Positions 54,766-64,000 of a stretch of DNA of 64,000 nt are shown here, piece by piece; positions within the stretch are counted from its first letter, which is position 1; every line of letters begins with the position of its first letter. Source of the stretch: Octopus sinensis. Its lineage: Eukaryota. Location: assembly GCF_006345805.1 (NCBI RefSeq), contig NC_043001.1:96968001-97032000 (forward strand), written 5' to 3'. The position numbers were made by a program, and so were the translations under genes. The notes under the pieces were generated by a model. It had not been told where the DNA came from. It ran no database searches and saw only the letters and a program-made list of their open reading frames with translations.

Positions 54766-55541
54766 CATATATATGTATATATATATATTATATATTATAT
54801 ATATATATATTATATATATAATATATATATATATATATATGTATGTATATATACATATATATATATATATGCACACACACATATATACATATATATATAT
54901 ATATGCACACACACATATATACATATATATATATATATTCACACAAACACATATGTATGTATGTATGTGTGTATGCATGTATCCTCTAATGCTGCTCCAA
55001 ATGAAATAATTTTGTTATCTAATAGCGTATATATAGTCAGACGCATCAATGAATACCAACATTTTGTGCATATATAAAGCTCTGATTTCAATGTGCGTGC
55101 TTATATGTGTACATAAATCTGTAAAAACGTATAAACGTGATTGACATGGGACACACATCATATAGATTCAGGGATATACAAATTTGCATAATATATGTAA
55201 ACTTGCTTCTATGTTTCAACCTATAAAGATACATTTACTGTCATGCATACATAAATACGTGCTGAAAAGATTTACACAGAAATACGTACACGCATACACA
55301 CAACAGTTACATACGCTTGCACACTCACCGGCATAGAAACACATATAAATTTATGTATATATTATCCACACACGCACACACACGTAGAATGCCTTTTCCC
55401 ATCTATTTATGTATATAGCAGTATACACCCCCCAGACGAATGCACGTACGTATGTATGTATGCATGAATATGAACGTAAAAATCGCACGTTATATTTATA
55501 GACATACATATAACTACATATAGATATGTATGAATATATAT

Positions 55542-55600
<59 letters not shown>

Positions 55601-56327
55601 TTGATGCATGCATGCTTTTATGTATGTGTATATATATATATGTGCATGTAAGTACGTATGGAAGTTCTCTTTTTGATTTAGAGTAAATTTTGATCGAACA
55701 TCTACCTAGTAATAATGTTGTGAAGTAAAGTATCATTCTTAAGAAGGTGTTGCAGATTTTATTAATGCCTCATATTGTGATCATTTGTAGTGTATGAATT
55801 AAGGATGTGTGTTCTCTCCGCAAGAGCACTAGTTCTTCCAAATATCGCTCTAGACGGCTGGGTACCTTTCTATATGCATGTATGCATGCATGTATGTATG
55901 TACCTACGTACGTATGCATTTACGTATGTCTGTAAGTATGTAATTATACATGCATCCATACATACATACACACATATATACATGTAAACAAGCACTCACT
56001 TTTCATGTTCGGTAGCTGTAGACATCGGCAGGTGTCTGTGAGGAAGACTGTTCGTTTTGTTGGCACTAAATTATGGGAGTATATTAAAAAAGAAACTAAG
56101 GTTTGAGGTAAGGAAGATTTTAAATATAATTCTAGCAGCTTGAAAAATGTTGTGAAACTCATTAATTAGTTCGTACAAATATAAGGTTTGTAAAGAGTTC
56201 AATTTAGTAGACGATACACGACAATATATTATGTATGACTTGATGGCTTGGTGCCAGTCTTATAAATAAATACACTAAAAAACGGATACAGATACATACG
56301 AAATATACATACATACTATCATACATT

Positions 56328-56397
<70 letters not shown>

Positions 56398-56481
56398 CAT
56401 ATATGTATATATATATGTATATATATATATATACATATATATATACATATATATACACACACATATATATATATATGTGTG

Positions 56482-56550
<69 letters not shown>

Positions 56551-56711
56551 GCGTACACACACATATATGTTTATATGATTTGTTTTCTCATTAAGACAGA
56601 GAATAATTGGAATTTAATGAAATAATTCGGTAATGAGACTATGCGAAAACTTGATTGGCAAAATAAAATATGTTTACAAAATGTTTAACTTCAAGAAGAA
56701 AGTACGATTGT

Positions 56712-57321
56712 CCTTGGAGGGCGTATATCCTCAGCCACTTGGAATTTTATCCCCAACCATGGTCACCACGCAGTATAATATTAACGGCGGAGCTCTAAGC
56801 ATCCAATGAAGCTATAGAAAGAAAATCGTCTCAATGCACTAAATTAGTAACTTGGATAGGCTAAAAGAGTTCAGGCTCTTCTCCTTAGAACGGATGCGGG
56901 AACGATATGCAATGATATACATCTGGGAAATCATGTAAGGCCTTGTACCAAACTTTGACACTGAAAGTTACAGAAACGGAAGAACAGGGTGTCACTACAG
57001 AGTTCCAAATATCCCAGGATGGGATATTGCAGCAGTCTTAATTTCAGGGTACTACAGTTCTTCAATATCCTTCGAAAATGCCTGAGAAATCTGCACGGTG
57101 TGGATGTAGGTGTCTCCAATGCAAAACGGGATCTTCGCCTGTCAAGTGTTCCAGTTGAGCCTACTGCGCGGCAGGAAACACAGATAAGAGCAGCAGCTTC
57201 AAACTCTCTCGTTCACCAATTTTCACACACCAGAGGCTGCTGCAAGTAATAAGGAGATAACACACAGCCCAATGTGGTGCTCTAGCATGACCGCAACTTT
57301 AATGTTTAAACCAGTAAAGAG
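56712..57321 (+). mobile_element. CR1-like LINE 3' end remnant with 3' UTR
   Basis: Peptides LSHLEFYPQPWSP; RLKEFRLFSLERMRERYAMIYIWEI; QFFNILRKCLRNLHGVDVGV...SSVPVEPTARQETQIRAAASNSLVHQ. Stops and frameshifts are present. Confidence 0.85.
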
Positions 57322-57418
57322 TTATATGTATATGCTTTTCATACACACACACACACACAGAGGTATGTATGCATATATATATGTATATATATATATATAT
57401 AGAAAGAGAGAGAGATAG

Positions 57419-57503
<85 letters not shown>

Positions 57504-58294
57504 GCAGGCAGATATAGATATAGATATAGATAGAAAGACAGACAGACAGATATGTAGATAGATAGACAGATAGACAGCTAGATAGCTAGATAGACAAACA
57601 AACAGATAGACAGATAGATAGATAAATAGATAGATATACACGGGGGGGACGTGTATATCATAATATACAAATAATGTGAGGACATAACAGTTGAAATAAG
57701 GGATTAAACTAAACGTGAAATGCCTAATTTCAATTGTTTCATAAAAATGCTGGCGGGCTTGATGTCTTTGTATCATTCTTTAGATGTTTCAGGAGAAACT
57801 AATAGTATTTCAAACGGTAAAATGAAAAAATAAAAAATAGCTACATTTATGAAAGAGCTCAAAAATACATACCAAATATCTGCGACTGCGATATTCAGAG
57901 CACAAAAATTAAAAGAGTATGATGTAGTTTAAGCAGTTACATCGGGAAAAAAAAAGAGATAAGAATAAATATATTGTTTTAGTCTTGCAGTGAAATAAGA
58001 CATATAGTAAGAAGACAGACTGTAGGAGTATGAGTTCCTAAGTTGTCCGTAAGCACGTTAAGGGATGGCCGAGATATATGTGTACGCGAAATAACCTGAC
58101 ATGAGAATGAAAAACAGAGCCAAAGCGAACGTAGAAATGTTAGAAGCTGAGAACGGAAAGGGCAGATTAAAAGGAAAGAAATGAAGAATTGGAAAGTTAA
58201 ATATAGAGATATACTTAGAAGAAAGATATAGAAGAAAAAGATGAACTTCATTTAGGCCCAGAATTTCAAGTTTATAAGCGAGAAAACAAGAAAC

Positions 58295-58745
58295 TGTTGG
58301 GTTGGCAACTAAATTCCCGCCGTTTTACTAAATTAAAAAAAAATAACAAATAACAATTGATTAATCAATAATGTATTCACACTTGTTGTTTGCAACTTTT
58401 TTCCAACGTTCAACAAGATTTTCAATACCTCGTTGGTAGAAAACACCCGATTTCCACTCGGAAAATTGATCCAACCAAGCTCTAGAGTTCTGCATCAAGC
58501 ATTTGAAAGAGATTGAAAGAGGTGGAAATCCGTTGGTACCAAATCAGGAGAGTACATCGGGTGTTGCAACACTTCCCAGTCATGTGTTTGAATGGCTTCC
58601 TTGGTAATATTAAAGTACAGGCACCATTTTACGTCGCCAGTAACGATTCGATAAAGAAATTGTTGCTTCTGTCCATGAGTTCAGCGGTGACAAGCAAGCA
58701 AACCAGCGAAGATTGTGGCTCGTTGATTTTTGACGTTGTCATGCA
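58295..58745 (-). mobile_element. Mariner (mellifera-like TIR) remnant with in-frame internal deletion
   Basis: TIR-like tgttgggttggcaactaa at 58295. Minus peptides FLYRIVTGDVKWCLYFN|ITKEAIQTHDWEVLQHPMYSPDLVPTDFHLFQSL and FYQRGIENLVERWKKVA. Confidence 0.88.
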
Positions 58746-59385
58746 TGTTTTATTTAATGGTGATATGTTAGGCGGTTTCTTAGACATTGGTGTCTTCTAG
58801 AATGCAGGCGACTTGTATACGTACTCGTTTGCCCATTTAGAAATTGATTAATTTTACCTTAAACGGTTGATTGCATGTTAACTACCTATTAAAATCTAAC
58901 GTAGATTTTATCTTTAAATTTTAAAATATATTATAAATATATAATTTCACTCAAACAAACATTATTCACTGCTGAATTATTTGGTTATTAACACGTGGTC
59001 GAAATAAACGAAACCATATTTTTGAGATTTTATTCAGTATATAAGTACGGACAGCGTATTTATGGTGTGAAACTGTTCTGTTCCTTGTATATGTATTTTG
59101 TTCGTGTTTATATTGAATGATTTGGTTATATTACACCGATGATAGAAAAAGAGATTATCCTTTAATCTTGAAATCAATTGATAGGTAATTGAACCGTTTC
59201 TTTAATCTGTTTCGTTTATTTGCACGAGTACGGTGCGTGTTTCATTTCATGGTGATGTTAGGTAGTTTCTTAGATATTGGCGTTTTCTTCTAGCATGTAG
59301 GCGACTTGTATACGTATTCTTTTGCTAGGTCTGTATAATATTGTTTCAGAAAATAATAATGGTAGACACTTAACTTACTCAAGAA

Positions 59386-60330
59386 ATGAAGAGGCCTGCT
59401 TTTATTGTGGTTAGGAAAGCTGAACATAGTGATTTAAAAATAAATCGAGTTTTAAATGTTGCCATATCTTTCGTCAACAAAGTCTCTAAGAAGCTACAAA
59501 CTGAAGATGGAACCGTATCATCACTATGAAAGCATAAGAAGCATTCTAAGCGCTCTGAAATTATCAGAACACTTGAATTTATCCAGCAAGTCTAATAGAC
59601 CATTGATTACAATCCCAGAAAGTCCATGAGGTTAATAGCAAAAGATCACCTTGAGTTCGAAGGAACAGTCAGAAATGATTTCCATAAAGATATCAGATAT
59701 AAGACATATGATAAGGAAAGGCTAGTTTCTTAGAAAAAGCAAAAGAAAATCACTACATCAGATCTAAAGCGCTCTTAAACAAACTGAAAAATCCACCAGA
59801 AGAAGATTTGATTTGGTTTTTCTCAAACGAGGAAAAATACGGCCAAGGTCAAAAAGTTAACAGAAGAAATGACTGATGGTTATGTGCAGACTGTTCTGAA
59901 GTTCGAAGCATTATGCGTCGAAAATTTCCTGCAATTGTCATAGTTTTAAGAGTCATCAGCAATGAAAAACATGCCTCCTTACTTCTTCCCACAAGACTGA
60001 AGTGTTAACTCTGCCTCCTACATTGAAGTCCTGGAAATAATTGTATAGTCCTGGATAGACAATGTATGAAATGGAAGGCCATATGTGTTTCAGTAAGACT
60101 CTGCACTATCACAGATTGCTCTGGTAACACAGGATCACATAATCCCTAATATTTGGACTCCTAAGTCCCCAGATCTCAATCCATTGGGCTATTACAAGTG
60201 CAGCGTTGTTGAGAGAGAGAGGTCAAGGAACACGCCCATAACACCAAAGATTCTATGAAAGCTGCCATAGTCAAAATAATGCCCAGAATGAACCAGGACG
60301 ACTTGATTCGAGCATGTAAATGATTTAGAT
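59386..60330 (+). mobile_element. Tc1/mariner-superfamily (maT/DD37D-like) transposase pseudogene
   Basis: MKRPAFIVVRKAEHSDLKINRVLNVAISFVNKV...; IWFFSNEE...QKVNRRND*WLCAD; YVFQ*DSA; WTPKSPDLNPLGYY. Many stops and frameshifts. Confidence 0.85.
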
Positions 60331-60593
60331 CTCAGGCTTTTTTGCTGTTTTGAAGAGGAGAATTTTGTTTTACACTTTCTTTTTCTTTCAAGACGTGGGA
60401 GAGAGAGAGAGAAAGAAAAGCAATGAGGGGAATAGAGAGAATGTGAAAGAGTGAGAAAGAGAGAGAGAGGGAGAGAGAGAGGACAATCAAGAAAGAGGAG
60501 AAAATAATAAAGGATGGAGAAAAATAGATAGATAACCGGACAGATAGCTAGCTAGATAAATATACAGACAGGAAGAGAACTAGCTGTATATAA

Positions 60594-60625
<32 letters not shown>

Positions 60626-61456
60626 TCAGGGGGAGGGGGGTTGTTTTGAATTTTATGTGGTCATATCTGTGAAACTTCATTACAAAGCATTTTTCTTTTT
60701 TCTTCTTTTTCCTTTCCATTTTATACCTACCAACGTATTTGTAAATAAACACATTTTCTCAGCAGAGCTGGTGACCTTTTAAATATGTCAATCTTAGGAA
60801 GTAGGTTGGAAAAATAAGAAAAAGAGGGGAGAGTGAGGTCATCATTGAAAAATAAACAGAGTATAAAGTCAAAGACTTATGAAAATGTATATTCATTTAC
60901 ACTTGTATAGTCAAGTCTCATATTCTGTGTTATTCATTGTTTTGCCTGAACAAACATTAAATATCAGTACAATATTCATAAATTAAGAAAATATTGACAG
61001 AATATATAAAAGAATTTGGTACTATTTATAATTCAATCTATTCTCTATGTATATTTAATCAAACATTATAAATCAGTTTTGTATGTGTATTGTATATTTA
61101 ACTGGAAGCTACTCAGTAGGATGTAGAATATATAATAAAGCAGGCGTTGCTTAAATATATTTTTGAGTATCTCTCATCCTTTTGTAGGATTTCTTTTTCT
61201 TTTTCATGTTTGCTTGGATAAGATAATTCAAAACAGATCTCATTCACGAATTATTTTTCCAAGTAGCTACATTAGATATATTTCCTAATCAGTGGTAAAA
61301 TTATTCTAGTATCATTTCTCGAGTAAATGTAGGTTCTATAAGAACAACAGTTGTCAAAATCCCAATATTATATAAATATATGATCATTTATAAAGATGAG
61401 CATCACCTTATTAACATATGGGCCTCATTCAGAAACAAGAGTATTTCTGTAATATA

Positions 61457-62013
61457 AAGGTTTTCACTGCATCCATCATCATTACTATTAAAACAAAAAT
61501 GATAATAAAAATGTAGTTCTTCTGCTTCTCTTTTAGACATTTAATCCTGGAGCGAATTTTTTTATGAAATGTAGCTACATCGCCTTTCAGAATTTTGGGT
61601 TATCTCTTAAATATTTGTAAACGACAAAGATTCTGAACTTGCCTTCACCGCATAATTCTACATGCTTGCTCAGCGGAATCTTGCGCAATACCTCTATCTA
61701 TAGTAATATTTTCAGTATGCAGGAATACAACTGTTATGCACAATTTCTTGCATACTGAAAATATTACTATAGATAGAGGTATTGCGCAAGATTCCGCTGA
61801 GCAAGCATGTAGAATTATGCGGTGAAGGCAAGTTCAGAATCTTTGTCGTTTACAAATATTTAAGAGATAACCCAAAATTCTGAAAAGCGATGTAGCTACA
61901 TTTTATAAAAAAATTCGCTCCAGGATTAAATGTCTGAAAGAGAAGCAGAAGAACTACATTTTTATTATCATTTTTGTTTTAATAGTAATGATGATGGATG
62001 CAGTGAAAACCTT
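61457..62013. repeat. 557-bp near-perfect palindrome: 269-bp arms, 19-nt spacer
   Basis: 61457-61725 is the reverse complement of 61745-62013 with no indels and 4 mismatches (three G-T, one C-A). Confidence 0.98.
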
Positions 62014-62744
62014 GTATTCCTAACTGCATGATTTTATTTTATATTCCCGTCACTGAATTACCATCGCTCAGCATCTCTGGATTTTGAATTCCATGGACTC
62101 TTTACTTTATGCTGCTTTCTAATTGAGAATTACCGAATACGTACCAGGAATTCACTGTGATAGCCGTGCGATTCTCTGATTCCATATCTATACGATTCAT
62201 ATGTATATATATATATATATATATCAAAACAAAAAATCAAAACAACTCAATAGCGACAGAACCACTTAATGAGTGTCAAGAGAGACAATCTCTCGCAGAT
62301 TGTGGCTATTGAGTTTGTTTTGGCCCTTATTTCTAGTAATACCGTGCTGCAGATTGGTATTACTAGTAATGCTGAATAGCCCCATTTGTTTACTTTAGTG
62401 ACGTCGCTACTCAGCCTTTGTCAAAGGTAAGATTTTACTTTTATATATAATTTCTACAACTTTCTGCCTAATATCATTATCTCTCTCTATCCCTCTATAA
62501 TCCTCTATATTTCCTTTTTTCTCCTCCTTCTCTGCTGTCCCCGTTTGTCTTTGTTTCACTCTCTATTTTTCTTTCTCCTCACTTCCTTTACTTCGACCCC
62601 ATCCTCTCTCTTGACCCCTTTCCCCTCAATCTGTTGTTCACTCGTGACTACAGGCCACTTTCCTTGACTCGCTGTCTCTTCTTGATGGCACATCACCTAT
62701 CCGGACGTCATTTCACTCGCCTCTTGATATCTTTTTTCTCTTCT

Positions 62745-62880
62745 ATTTAATCTATATACTTCCAAATTTTCTTCCAGGTGTTACCCATTACTCTTCGTTT
62801 TGGCCTAACGGACCTAGGCTTCTGTCTTCCTCGATCACTTCCGTACATACACTCTGGTATCGTTTGTTCGTTCGAAGCCC
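62745..62880 (-). mobile_element. Possible RTE LINE C-terminal remnant
   Basis: Minus peptide TIPECMYGSDRGRQKPRSVRPKRRVMGNTWK resembles the RTE P..LYG...G.R..GRP..RW.D motif. Confidence 0.3.
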
Positions 62881-64000
62881 TAACTCCCCACAAATTTAAT
62901 ATTTTAAAAATTTCTGGATGCTGCTGTCTTATGAAGTCTTCATGTATTGTTAAAAGCACCAAACAGATAGTAATAAACAGTCGACAACTGAGGAAGAGTT
63001 AGCCTTCTTTTGGTATTTTATCCTGTACTTCTCTCTCGCTGTACGTTTATGTAATTTTCACTCATTGGTGATGTTCTGCATTTAATGTGTATTTTTTTCA
63101 TTTTGATTAGGTATATATAGGTAGATAATGATAACTCTGAATTATGTTATTGCTTTCCAAGCTTATATAATATAGATAATTCAGATCCTTTTAGAAATAA
63201 TGCGACAATACATCCTTACATATAATTATTACTTTTGTATGTATTTTCCTGTGTGTATGTCAGCATGGATTCTTCATTTATAAACTCATCAGCAAGTCCT
63301 TTAAACTTACAAAGAGGCACAAATTAGGAATCTCAATAACTCGGGGACTGCTTTTACGCTACTTTGGTGCACCGCAAATTCAGACGATTCAATGGATCTT
63401 ATGACCATCAGAATACGAAACAAGGTATGCAACAGTGAATGTAGAAATATAGATCGCAAACAACCTGGATATTGAATAGAGAAGTCTGTTTGACCTATCC
63501 AGAAATATTGAATGACAGGAATAGAGAATAATTATTAGTTTTGGATTTTTTTAAACATTTATATATGATGCAGAAATAAAGTACTCTCCATATTGGCTTT
63601 AGATAATATACCGATGTGTAAGAATTTTGGCTTTTGATCAAATCCTGTTTGTACAAACGAAATTATTGTCAATTTCCTCATCTCGTGTCTGTTTTCTAAG
63701 AAGAAAATCTTCTTTCAAAATGTTTTACTTGTCAAACTCAATATCATAGACGGCAAAAAAAAAAAAGTTATTGTCATTGGAACACCGATCGAAATGCCGA
63801 AAAATATTGATGACTGAAATGGGGCAAAACTATTACGAAACATTGCTGCACTTCAACAATATCTGAAAACCTATCCAATGTAGTCGTGACTTGAACATGA
63901 TCTGAAGGTGATTTAGTCTGGACAAACCGAATGTATAGTTGCTCAAACTTTTATAGATGTAAAAGTTTGGGCAACTATACATTCGGATTATCGGGTGAAG

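Noticed and set aside
63293-63424. Possible exon ending AAG|GTATGC
   Set aside because: All three frames contain stops.

Overview
AT-rich eukaryotic non-coding DNA saturated with microsatellites and transposon debris, with one 100-N scaffold gap. The SINE families look like those of octopus (coleoid cephalopod) genomes; this is recognition from memory, not a database result. No complete protein-coding gene is supportable. Nearly all ORF-track entries are translations of (TA)n, (CA)n, (TATG)n or trinucleotide repeats. Supported content: four interspersed repeat families (three tRNA-headed SINE families A-C and one unclassified family D), an RT-less RTE LINE, two CR1-like LINE 3' ends, two mariner remnants and one maT-like remnant, Penelope-like (PLE) fragments, a degenerate tRNA-Cys(GCA), and one weak candidate exon. 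Highlights: two complete minimal type I hammerhead ribozyme folds (27694-27736 minus; 39751-39793 plus) plus decayed ones; a strongly strand-skewed repeat array upstream of the first; a 557-bp near-perfect palindrome with a permuted 10-bp junction; SINE concatemers with a recurrent identical junction; a LINE 3' end sharing its terminus with SINE family A; and a 1.14-kb tandem duplication that may be an assembly artefact. TE boundaries are approximate (about +/-10-30 bp) unless stated otherwise.
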